DNA from: Trichomonas gallinae
Taxonomy: Eukaryota
Length of the DNA: 33,827 nt
Assembly (NCBI GenBank): GCA_008369845.1
Contig: MRSU01002305.1
Span: forward strand, 1-33,827
Direction: 5' to 3'
Shown here: positions 20,657 to 30,670 of the stretch, in pieces
Numbering within the stretch: the stretch's first letter is position 1
Layout: each line of letters begins with the position of its first letter
The notes under the pieces: model-generated
What the model saw: only the letters and a program-made list of their open reading frames with translations
What the model was told of the DNA's origin: nothing
The model's database searches: none
Position numbers and translations under genes: made by a program

Positions 20657-21603
20657 TATAAAGAAATGACTTGTGAAAATTTTCGCTATTTAAAAAAATT
20701 CCAGCAAATTATGACAATATTTCTACGCATAAGGAACAGACAAACTTATTCCAGATTATGTGATTCAAATCATTGGTTGCTGGCGTAGCGACTGCTTCAA
20801 ATTTTATACTAGAATTGTCATTGTCACAACAATAATAAAAAGTTTTATTTTTGATATGAATTTTTTCCGGGATAAACTCTAAATTGACATTTCAAGAATT
20901 GGAATTTTTTACATCGTAATTTTTCTTTCATAGTTCCTCAAATACCAGAAATTTTGAACTCAAGCGTGTTCATATCAACTAAACAGCAGAAATCGTCAAA
21001 AAAAAACAGTGTTCTATCATTCTCTGATCATTCTCATGAAGAAAGAATCAAAATAGTATTGTATTTTTTGCGATGACATCTTTTCCATGATGATCATTAA
21101 ATGCAGCATCTATTAAAGCTATATATCTCCCATTTTTGACAACTTTACGATGTCAAATTGACATATTTGTAAATTGTAAAAGTGACATAATGAGAAATTA
21201 GAAGCAAGCTGTTCGATATTAACAGTTTTGTGATACAATCTCAGACAAACCATGGAAGTTCTGGTATGCAATAGTATACCTTATAATTTCCATAACACTT
21301 TTTTCACTATATTAGTTCTATTTCATTTATCAAATTATTTTATTTCATGATATTGAAAAATTGGTAGCTCGTACCATATTATATTGCTTTATACTATTGT
21401 AAATTAAACTTACAGCAGTTTTTGAAAAGAAAATTAATTTTGAAAGTTTTGCATTGAGAAAATTCATCAAAGATATCTTTAATTCATTGATTTTACTAAC
21501 AACGCATTATAAATTTGCGATGATAATACATAATTGCATTGAGTTTTTTTTATTTTATCTAAAAAATAAGTAAGATTTGATAGCAGATCTTATATAAATT
21601 TGT

Positions 21604-22737
21604 TTATGACTTGTCAAATCTATCAACATGGAAATAGTCAGCCTCTTCTCCAATAATTTTTGCGACATCAACTAAAAGTTCTGTGTTTAATGTAAATCCG
21701 TTATCAATATATTCCATTATGACGCTTGCATTGCCAAATTTGCACGCTTTTTCAAATATTGTTATTTCAATTGAATTCCTTCGTTTTTCTGATATTTTGT
21801 TCTCGAGAATCCAATTAAATATGTCATTTTTATATAACTTCAATGCGTAAAAGGCTAATTTTGCAGGATTTTTCCATAATTCCGTGTCAACAAGCCTAAG
21901 TATCTCTAGATTCCCTCCAAAGATTGCATGTTCTATGCAGTTAGTTTCTACGACTTTATTTAATGTCATATACTTAAAACAATTAATCGCCCCGAAAAAA
22001 GCTGCAAATTCCCATAACTTTAGCTGTTTGTTTAGTCCTGAAGGCTCAAATTCTGAGAGTTGTGTGTATTGATTCCAATCGAAATTATTTCCAATTGTTA
22101 TTTGTTGAAAATTCAAAATATCATCATATTTTAGACAGTATTCAAGAGACTTCGCTGGATATCCATATGTTATATATTCCTTGAAAAGTTCTTCTTGCTT
22201 AACTATCTTATAATGGTCCCATTCATCGATAATATTTTCATAAAATGTGGAAACAGTAGATGCGAAAAATTCTGGTTCTTTTTCTTGTATTTCGAAGTAA
22301 AATATCTCAAATAGGGGTGCTTTTAAGCGATCATTCGGTGGATAAAATTTGATGAAATAAAAAATGTCTTCCCACGGTATGCAATTGTCCAAATATAGCA
22401 CGTGTAGGAACTTCATGTTAAAAATTGAATATGGTTTGTCTTTTTTACGCTTTAATAAGTTTTTTGAACAAAAATTCAGAACAATATTCTTGTATTTCTC
22501 GGATTCACCAAGCTGCTTGAGTAGCTGGCAATATGAGTGAATCTTATCTATGTTATATCGTGAAATATTGTATAGATTAATTCTAATAACATCATCTGTT
22601 AGTACACTGTCCACCAATTCTTGTATCATGGAAGAAACTCCGCTGCTACTTATGTTCGAGAGTAATTCTTGTAGTCTCGCCGTATGATTAAGTTTCAATG
22701 TTGCTGCTTCCAATTCTTCCATTATAAAATATGACAT
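21604..22737 (-). CDS. DUF3447 domain protein (ankyrin-associated family), without an extended ankyrin array
   Basis: SLEYCLKYDD, EFAAFFGAINCFKYM and HAIFGGNLEIL, paralogous to motifs in 4323..5888. Confidence 0.88.
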   Translation of the reverse strand: MSYFIMEELEAATLKLNHTARLQELLSNISSSGVSSMIQELVDSVLTDDVIRINLYNISRYNIDKIHSYCQLLKQLGESEKYKNIVLNFCSKNLLKRKKDKPYSIFNMKFLHVLYLDNCIPWEDIFYFIKFYPPNDRLKAPLFEIFYFEIQEKEPEFFASTVSTFYENIIDEWDHYKIVKQEELFKEYITYGYPAKSLEYCLKYDDILNFQQITIGNNFDWNQYTQLSEFEPSGLNKQLKLWEFAAFFGAINCFKYMTLNKVVETNCIEHAIFGGNLEILRLVDTELWKNPAKLAFYALKLYKNDIFNWILENKISEKRRNSIEITIFEKACKFGNASVIMEYIDNGFTLNTELLVDVAKIIGEEADYFHVDRFDKS

Positions 22738-22739
22738 TT

Positions 22740-22744
22740 AAAGG
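22740..22744 (-). promoter_or_regulatory. Possible M5 (CCTTT) alternative initiator
   Basis: The coding strand reads aaCCTTTaaATG. The motif is short and could occur by chance. Confidence 0.35.
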
Positions 22745-22982
22745 TTAAAATTATATTGTGACATGTAATTGTCATCGTATTTTATTGTAAATCAACCTAA
22801 AATGTTGAAAAATCATAATTTTTAAAATCATAAAAAGAAAAGACAATATAAGATAATTCTTAGATTAGTATGCATCTTCCCAATGCAATATATCAATAAA
22901 ACAACATGAGATGAAACTATTGAAGAAATTATTAGACTTTCTTCGGGTCCTTCTTGGGTTTAGGACAGTTATCAGAATCGGT

Positions 22983-23468
22983 CTAGAAATGAATTTCCTC
23001 AGTGAATTCATCGAGAAATCGTTCGCTGTTGATGAACTCCTTGAAAAAATCATCAGCAGTTATCTCATCGATTACTGTGATCATTGATGGTGGCTCCTCA
23101 ACAACTAGCTTAGTGAATTGCCTTGCAAAAGGCCCGGTTGGTGTCAAAAGACCCCAACGGATAAACATCTTGATCTTATTTCTGATTGCATGGCCAACAA
23201 TGTGTGGGAAAAACGGACGAAGAAGCTTAACTGTATTGAATCCATCCTTATATAATTCAATCAACTTAAACTCCTCATCCTTAGTGAACTCTGTAGTCCT
23301 TCCATTCTTGTAGTCATTAATCAAATCATTAAATTTCCTAGGTGTCAGATTAAACTTACGAATGATTTCATCAGAATCAACCTTTGCTTCAAACATAGCG
23401 ATGATTTCTTTCCTTGCTGCATCAGAGATGCGGGACTGGCATTTACGGGGTGGAAGACGCTGTGCCAT
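22983..23468 (-). CDS. Degenerate Myb-like / HTH DNA-binding protein
   Basis: FTKDEEFKLIELYKDG...LRPFFP...GHAIRNKIK resembles a Myb repeat lacking the conserved Trp residues, preceded by an HTH-like segment. Tandem Inr TCATTT at 23488-23500. Confidence 0.65.
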   Translation of the reverse strand: MAQRLPPRKCQSRISDAARKEIIAMFEAKVDSDEIIRKFNLTPRKFNDLINDYKNGRTTEFTKDEEFKLIELYKDGFNTVKLLRPFFPHIVGHAIRNKIKMFIRWGLLTPTGPFARQFTKLVVEEPPSMITVIDEITADDFFKEFINSERFLDEFTEEIHF

Positions 23469-26400
23469 TGTGTGTTGTCTATTACAAAAATGAAAAATGA
23501 GATGTAGTAAAAAAATTTCTATTTTTCATAAATTTTTTGTTGATGATTAAAATTTTTGTAGCTTTTTTTTTCAATGTAAATCAAGAAAGCCGCGAAAATA
23601 TTGTTTCTTAGCAATACTGGTATGAATTAGCTTGTCAAAAAAAATCACGGTCAAAAAAGTCGTAACTTTTTTTTCCAATAAATATCGATATATCTATACA
23701 AAACATTATGATTTATCAAAGAATTTTTTTAATTTATAGTTTTTATTGTTTTTATTATTTTGAATTCGTAAATTTAAAGCCATACTTAAGCACATACTTC
23801 AATGTTCAGTATTTTTGGTTCGATGGCGTCAATCGAAATTATGTTATTTTTCATATCATTCAAAATGGCAACACATTAAAGGACGAATGAGAATAAGACG
23901 AATGATAACAATTTATTTCTTAAAAAATATGAAATGATTTCAAATCGATAATTTCGATTATGGAATTCATTAGATATAGACAACCATTAGCATACATACT
24001 GACGCTAGTGAAGCTATAAGAAGAAAAAAATCATCAATCGAGATAAAGTAAAGATCCGAGTCTGAATCATAATAAAAACTTTTTTTCTCAATTTTCGGAT
24101 TCATTCCAAAAATTGAAAACAAAGTCGGCCAGCATCAAATAACTATTAAAAACGAGTGCGCTGGTTGTGAGACAAATAATTGGAAATGAACACGTATTAT
24201 TAATAGTATTACGATGGTTTGCATTGTTCTAATTCTTATTATTTGTAAACAGTGTAAAAATCCAATTAAAAAGCATTGAATAGTTCGTAAGTTTTATAGT
24301 AGCCAGTGCCAGTTTGGTTTCAACGTATTCGTATTCAAAAAAAAAAATCTTCATTGAATTTTCAAAGAATACAAAATAACGACAAAAATTGATACGAAAA
24401 ATTTTTGAAAAAATTGACATTCCACGAAATGGACACATTTGATTGTCTTTCATTGATTCAGCGCCATACTGTATTCTAGTTGCTACTATCTATTAACATC
24501 TATATAACTGACTATGATCTATGAGCAAATCAACAAATTTATAACCGAATCTTTTGTTTTTGAGGAATGATTGAGTTACAATGTACAAAATCTGCTGATA
24601 TAGGATAAAAAGCTGATTGTTGTGTAAATGATTGAATTAAAACACTTCATCACATCAAATTTCGTTAATCTAGACATATTTGAATTGTAACTTAATTTCA
24701 TAGCTCTTAGAAATAGATATAAAATTTACACCTTCAAAAAGTAAAACCAATCATATATCAGAGAAATTCCACAGTGAAATCTACTTTTTGCGAAGTGTAA
24801 CACATGTTTTAAAGTAGTTAAACTGAGATCTGACCATTTCTAAATGCATTTAAGAATGGAATCTAACTATAAGACATGGTTTTGAAACTGAAATACCTAA
24901 TTCAATCTTTTAGATGCTATAAGTTGGGTTTTTTATTTCGGCATTAGTATATACAAGCTTATATGAAATAAAATATCAAGTCTTGAAAGATTTTAAAAAT
25001 AAGAATATAATATGAAAAATGATTGGCAATTAAGCAAGCATTATGCGTAGATATAAAAAGAAAGATGGAATATTTAGTTATGTATAGCATTTTAAGAGCT
25101 GAAGGACGATATTTATCAAAAATGAAAAATATATTAGTCTTTCTGCATTATTTGTTGATAATAGCCTAATAAAACCTATTGCAGTCAAATTCTATTATGT
25201 AAATACCAATAACTCTGGCATAAATAATGAAAAACATTTGCCATCGGTGATAACGCAATTTTAATGGAATTCCTGTATCGAACTGGTAAATTTATAGTGA
25301 TTGATAGCATACATGAGACATGAAACAACAATATGTAATACCAGATAGAAAAAATCCCTGTAGATTGCTTGTTAATGTAGTGTATTATAATTCCTGTTAG
25401 TGAGATAGCATATCTCCGCGGAGAGAGATAACCAACGCATGATGAGGCAAAAATCCAATTTTGATGCACAGTAAAATAATGCTTTTTTGACTTTCTTGAA
25501 ACAACTGAGCCGTAAACATCCTTGTACATTAGTCTGTAAAGCTATAATTTCCTTCATTTGCAATAAGGTTAGCAATCAAATTTCAAATGCAAAAAAAAAT
25601 TCGCGCAAAATAATTTTGAAATCTACACTTGTAGAATATTTTGGAAACATTTATCGTGTTGAATATTGCTTTTACGATACTTTCAAAATTTTTGTTGTTG
25701 TTGAAAAGTTTTCATAGGAAGATGAGTCTTTCACGACGTACGGAGATAATTCAGAATGTAAACTAAAAATGAACGCAAGTTTTTTGATCAACAAAATTTT
25801 GAAAGGATCATTGTTCATTAAACCTATTAGCAATTTTGGATTAGCATTGAAGTTATTTACATATGTGTCGCGTATTTTTGCAGAAAAACTTAAAAAACTG
25901 ATCTCAAACCTCAAATTTATCGGAATTCATTAATATTATGATGTATATACTATAATGATCGAAAAAATAACTGAAAAATGATCACAAATTTTTCCAATAA
26001 TTTTTTTATTTGATATTTAATGTCTTTACATAGTAGGTGACTGATTTTTCGTGTGAAAATTTGAAAAAGATCGTAGAGTAATTATTTTTGTGTTTAAATG
26101 ACATAATTTATGTATATATAACCTCATTTTAACAACAATTCTCAAAAATAATACAAAATTTTAAATCCAAAGTGCGAAATTGATCAATGCGGAGAAACAC
26201 TATATAACTGAAATGCAGAATTCTTTAAAATTTAAAATGTGATAGGAAATTTTTTGAGAGCTTAACGTATTTTTATTATCACGTTTTTCAACCTGATATT
26301 CTTGATTATAAATGTATATAGAGCAAATCAACGAATGTGATAGTAAAGTTTTCAAAAAATGTGAATTGTTATAAAAAGGAGAAATGTCTTTTTAGTAGTG

Positions 26401-26503
26401 TTTTGAGTATTTGTTTGTTGTTCTATTTTCAATGCCTACAGAGAATTTCAATGATGTAGACTATTCAAAAAGTGATTCCTCAAGTGACCACAAAAATTGC
26501 TGA

Positions 26504-27907
26504 ATGAGTGACTACAGCTATTATAGCGACGAATCAAGTTCAAGCTACTACTACAGCGAATCGAAATCTGAATCATCGAGCTCGAGTTCTAAGAAGAAGG
26601 CCTTGGAAGCCAAAAAGAAGGCAGACGAGGAAGCCCGTTTAAAGGCTGAGGAAGAAGCCAAGAAGAAGGCTGAGGAAGAGGCTCGTCTTAAGGCTGAAGA
26701 GGAAGAGCGTAAGCGTAAAGAAGAAGAAGAAAGATTACGTAAAGAAGATGAAGAGCGCAAGCGCAAAGAAGAAGAGGAACGCCTTCGTAAGGAGGAGGAA
26801 GAGCGCAAGCGCAAGGAGGAAGAAGAACGCCTTCGTAAGGAGGAAGAGGAAAGATTAGCCCGCGAAGAGGAAGAGCGCAAGAAACGCGAGGCTGAGGAGG
26901 AAGAAGCACGTAAAAAGGCTGCTGAAGCAGCTGCTTTGGCCGCTGAAGCTGCAAAGAAGGATGAAGATGAAGAATCATCATCAGTTCCAAGCTCTTCTTC
27001 ATCATCATCTTCTTCTTCATCCTCATCCTCATCTGGAAAGAAGAAGGAAGACGACGAAGAGGAAGCCCGCAAGAAGGCTGAGGAGGAAGCTCGTTTAAAG
27101 GCTGAGGAAGAAGCCCGCCTCAAGGCAGAAGAGGAAGAAAGATTACGCCGCGAAGAAGAAGAAAGACTTCGCAAGGAGGAGGAAGAGAGACTGCGCCGCG
27201 AAGAGGAAGAGAGATTAGCTCGTGAGGAGGAAGAACGCAAGCGTAAGGAAGAAGAAGAAAGATTAGCTCGCGAAGCAGAAGAGCGCAAGGCTAAGGAGGC
27301 TGCTATTGCTGCTGCTGCCGCTGCTGCTGCTGCTGCTGCAAAGAAGGACGACGAGGATGAATCATCTGCTCCAAGCTCATCTTCTTCTTCATCCAGCTCA
27401 TCTTCATCATCAGACTCCGAAAAGAAGAGGAAGGCTGAGGAAGAGGCTCGTCTTAAGGCTGAAGAGGAAGAGCGCAAGCGTAAAGAAGAGGAAGAAAGAT
27501 TACGTAGAGAAGAGGAAGAACGCAAGCGCAAGGAAGAAGAGGAGCGCAAGCGTAAGGAGGAAGAAGAAAAGAGGAAGGCTGAAGAGGAAGCTGCTAAGAA
27601 GGCCGAGGAAGAGGCTAAGCAGAAGAAGGAAAAGAAGGACGGTGAAGAATCATCTTCATCATCTTCTTCATCATCCTCATCATCTTCATCTAAGTCCAAG
27701 TCTAAATCTAAGTCTAAGTCCAAGTCTAAGTCCGATAAGAAGGAGAAGGCTAAGGAAGAGGTTAAGGAAGAGGCCAAGAAGGAAGCCAAGGAAGAGGCTA
27801 AGGAAGAAGCTAAGGAGGCAAAGGAAGAGGCTAAAGATAAGGCTAAGGATAAGGCCAAGGATGCCGCTCAGGATAGCACAGACGGCGGTTGTTGCAGAAT
27901 CTTTTAA
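26504..27907 (+). CDS. Low-complexity protein with ER/K charged single-helix blocks, poly-Ser/poly-Ala linkers and a C-terminal CaaX (GGCCRIF)
   Basis: 467-aa ORF with EEERKRK/EEERLR/EEEARLKA repeats in three blocks, coding-like GC-richer composition, terminal CCRIF-stop. Confidence 0.9.
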   Translation: MSDYSYYSDESSSSYYYSESKSESSSSSSKKKALEAKKKADEEARLKAEEEAKKKAEEEARLKAEEEERKRKEEEERLRKEDEERKRKEEEERLRKEEEERKRKEEEERLRKEEEERLAREEEERKKREAEEEEARKKAAEAAALAAEAAKKDEDEESSSVPSSSSSSSSSSSSSSSGKKKEDDEEEARKKAEEEARLKAEEEARLKAEEEERLRREEEERLRKEEEERLRREEEERLAREEEERKRKEEEERLAREAEERKAKEAAIAAAAAAAAAAAKKDDEDESSAPSSSSSSSSSSSSSDSEKKRKAEEEARLKAEEEERKRKEEEERLRREEEERKRKEEEERKRKEEEEKRKAEEEAAKKAEEEAKQKKEKKDGEESSSSSSSSSSSSSSKSKSKSKSKSKSKSDKKEKAKEEVKEEAKKEAKEEAKEEAKEAKEEAKDKAKDKAKDAAQDSTDGGCCRIF

Positions 27908-28001
27908 ATTACATTTGCTTTAAACTTTACTTTATACATGATTGTACATAAGATCTTGTTGCTTCTGCTAAAAATTCGAAATTTTACATCATAATTTTTT
28001 A

Positions 28002-29297
28002 ATGCAGCCCAAAAAATCGGTTATCTCGATTTTAATTATTTCGTTGTTTGTTGTCTATTTTGCAGTAACTGTCTTCTGTATGGAAGATAATATCAATTTC
28101 AATACGAAATTCAACTTAAAATCAATCGAAAAATTATCTTATCCAGAAATAGTGAAATTATTCCGAAACAACTTACAAGCTAACATAATTGGAAAATCGT
28201 ATCTCAACTACGTCGCAAAACCACTATATTCTCCTTTACAAATTTCGAATTTTTCTGGTGATCTCTTTAACAACCTTTACGGAAACACTCATTCTGAATC
28301 TAAAAGCGCAGAAGCATCATCAGAACATACAAAAATGCTAAGAACTAAAATTTTGGACTATTTTAATATTTCAAGCAGTGAATACGTTGTTGTTTTCACT
28401 CATTCTACAACACAAGGAATGAAATTTATTCTAGAATCATTTAATTTTACCGAATCATCAACATTACAATTGATTTGCGACGAATATTCTTCATTAAATG
28501 GATTAAGCAAAATTGTCGACGAAAAAGTTAAGAAAGTGCGTCTAGAACTGGTTACTCTTGAGGAAATCAAAAACAAACAAGCAAATAACTTAGTATTTCT
28601 TGATCCATTTTTAAATACCGAATTACGACCACAAGATCATGCCGGGAAGTTTGCAGTAGTTACACATGATATATCAAACACAACATTTATAGCTATTGAT
28701 GCTTCTAATTTTTTAATCACACGAAATTTAGATTTAACGCGATACAAGCCTGATTTCATTGTGTTTAACATAGATTCTTTGGTAGGTTTCCCATCTTTAG
28801 GCGTGATTCTCGTCAAAAATGAAATGATTGCAAATAATTTACTCCACAAGCCTTATTTCGGTGGTGGTTCGCTTGTTTACGCCCTTCCACATGATAATGT
28901 AGAGAAATTTAGACTATTTCCGTCAGAAAGGTTTGAGGACGGTTCTCTGCCTTTTCTCACTATAAAAGCAGCTCTTTCATCATTTTCATTGGCTGAGAAG
29001 ATCAACAACGACAGACAGCAGCATATATTAGATTTATCTCAAAAACTATCAGATAAGCTTTCTAAGCTGAGCAATGTGAAAGTTTTCCCATCTACAGGCC
29101 ATGTTGTGTTTTTCGATGTGTATGATCGGTCAAATAAGAAAGTTGATGAAAAAGATTTTGCTAATTTCGCGTATTTGCACGATGCTGTTATTGGAATATT
29201 CAAAGGCCACCTTTCTGCGTCTGTTGGTTGGCTTTCTATCGAAGAAGAAATAGAAAAATTAATTGAAGTAATTAATTTGTATAATAATAGTGTTTGA
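28002..29297 (+). CDS. Molybdenum cofactor sulfurase-like (class V PLP fold) protein with N-terminal signal anchor; catalytic residues appear missing
   Basis: LYGNTHS, R.KILDYFN....EYVVVFT, DAS, KPYFGGGSL and ERFEDGSLPFL match the MOCOS NifS-like domain. Hydrophobic N-terminus. Confidence 0.82.
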   Translation: MQPKKSVISILIISLFVVYFAVTVFCMEDNINFNTKFNLKSIEKLSYPEIVKLFRNNLQANIIGKSYLNYVAKPLYSPLQISNFSGDLFNNLYGNTHSESKSAEASSEHTKMLRTKILDYFNISSSEYVVVFTHSTTQGMKFILESFNFTESSTLQLICDEYSSLNGLSKIVDEKVKKVRLELVTLEEIKNKQANNLVFLDPFLNTELRPQDHAGKFAVVTHDISNTTFIAIDASNFLITRNLDLTRYKPDFIVFNIDSLVGFPSLGVILVKNEMIANNLLHKPYFGGGSLVYALPHDNVEKFRLFPSERFEDGSLPFLTIKAALSSFSLAEKINNDRQQHILDLSQKLSDKLSKLSNVKVFPSTGHVVFFDVYDRSNKKVDEKDFANFAYLHDAVIGIFKGHLSASVGWLSIEEEIEKLIEVINLYNNSV

Positions 29298-29360
29298 AAT
29301 GTTTGAAAATAAAATAAAAATCCTTTTTAGTTTATTACCCTATAAAATGATAGTATTTTC

Positions 29361-30464
29361 TTAAATTTCTGCGAAGATAAGATCTGTTGTCTTGTCTGCG
29401 TAAGATCTTTCTCTTAACTGTCTCTTCTTGATGATGCAGCATGATATAGCGACGATCAAAACAATGACGACAATGAATACTGCGCCGCCGAGAGCAATCC
29501 AGATAATCTGCATAACTGTGAATGGTCCAACCCTTCCACCACTCTGGCTATTTGGATCCTCTGTTGCAGGAGGTACTGCTGATTGTGTTGGTGGGACTGG
29601 AGACTGTGTTGGTGGTACTGGAGACTTTGTTGGTACTAAAGATCTTGTCGGTACTAAAGATCTTGTTGGCACTAAAGATTTCGTTGGCACTAATGATCTT
29701 GTTGGTGGTGGAACTGGAATTACTTCTGTTGTTGTTGTCTCTGTTTCTGTTGTTGCTTCTGTTTCTGTAGTTGTAGTAGTTTCTGTTTCTGTCTCTGTGG
29801 TTGTGGTTGTCTCTGTTTCTGTCTCTGTTGTTGTGTTTGTCTCAGTCTCTGTTTCTGTTGTTGTTGTAATGTTTGTCTCTGTTTCTGTTGTGGTTGTTGT
29901 GATATTGGTTTCTGTTTCTGTTGTTGTTTCGGTTGTAGTTGTTATGTTTGTTTCTGTTTCTGTTGTTGTTTCTGTCTCTGTTGTTGTGTTTGTTTCGGTT
30001 TCTGTCGTTGTTGTTGTGATATTTTCAAATTCTATTTCTGTTGTTGTAGTCGTGATGTTAGTTTCGGTTTCTGTGGTTGTTATGTTTGTTTCTGTCTCTG
30101 TTGTTGTGATTTCTGTTGAATTTGTCTCGGTTTCTGTCGTTGTGACATTTGTCGATTCGGTCTCGGTAGTTGTGATGTTAGTCTCGGTTTCTGTGGTTGT
30201 TATGTTTGTTTCTTCTGTTGTCGTGATATTTGTTGAATTTTCCTCTGTTTCTGTTGTCGTGATGTTCTCAACCTCTGTAGTTGTTGTTGTGTTTTCGACT
30301 TCTATGGTATTGTTTTCTTCAGATGTCGTTGTTGTGACAGCTTCCAATTTTCTATCAATTTCAGGTATCAAAATGTCGTCGGCATGATCATATCCCTTCT
30401 CGTGGATCGACGGGCGATTGAGCAACGAGAAAGAGAAAGCGCAAAACAAAAGAGTCAAACTCAT
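29361..30464 (-). CDS. Mucin-like Thr/Glu-rich type I membrane surface protein
   Basis: Signal-like N-terminus, TTETETNIT repeats with many N-x-T sequons, Pro-rich stalk, TM IIWIALGGAVFIVVIVLIVAISCCII, basic stop-transfer KKR, short tail. Inr TCACTT at 30483-30488. Confidence 0.92.
   Translation of the reverse strand: MSLTLLFCAFSFSLLNRPSIHEKGYDHADDILIPEIDRKLEAVTTTTSEENNTIEVENTTTTTEVENITTTETEENSTNITTTEETNITTTETETNITTTETESTNVTTTETETNSTEITTTETETNITTTETETNITTTTTEIEFENITTTTTETETNTTTETETTTETETNITTTTETTTETETNITTTTTETETNITTTTETETETNTTTETETETTTTTETETETTTTTETEATTETETTTTEVIPVPPPTRSLVPTKSLVPTRSLVPTRSLVPTKSPVPPTQSPVPPTQSAVPPATEDPNSQSGGRVGPFTVMQIIWIALGGAVFIVVIVLIVAISCCIIKKRQLRERSYADKTTDLIFAEI
29570..29706 (-). 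repeat. Coding tandem repeats PT(R/K)SLV (18 bp) and PPTQS(P/A)V in the mucin stalk
   Basis: Translation PTRSLVPTKSLVPTRSLVPTRSLVPTKSPVPPTQSPVPPTQSAV. Confidence 0.85.
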
Positions 30465-30670
30465 ATTTTCAAATAAAAATAAAAGTGACGTGATCTGTCT
30501 ATTTTATTCGAATTTTTTTTATTCTTTTTGGAAATTTTTAGATTTTTATGTTTTGTCTTATTTTATGCTATTTAGTTGATAAAAAATTGAGATTTAATAA
30601 TTTGTCACTTTTATGATATCGTAGTTATATTATTGGTATATTTTAAAAAAATGATTGTTTATTTTATCTG

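Noticed and set aside
23600..26000. Short 60-80-aa ORFs in the AT-rich spacer
   Set aside because: F/I/N/K-rich composition typical of translated non-coding AT-rich DNA, with no recognisable domains.
26551..27858. 435-aa antisense ORF (and the +-strand alternative-frame ORF 27306..27923)
   Set aside because: Shadow frames of the GAA/AAG-rich repeat gene. Stop-poor because of low complexity; the product is S/L/R filler.
29428..30387. 319-aa Val/Ser-rich ORF on the + strand
   Set aside because: Antisense mirror of the ACA/GAA (Thr/Glu) repeats of the mucin-like gene.
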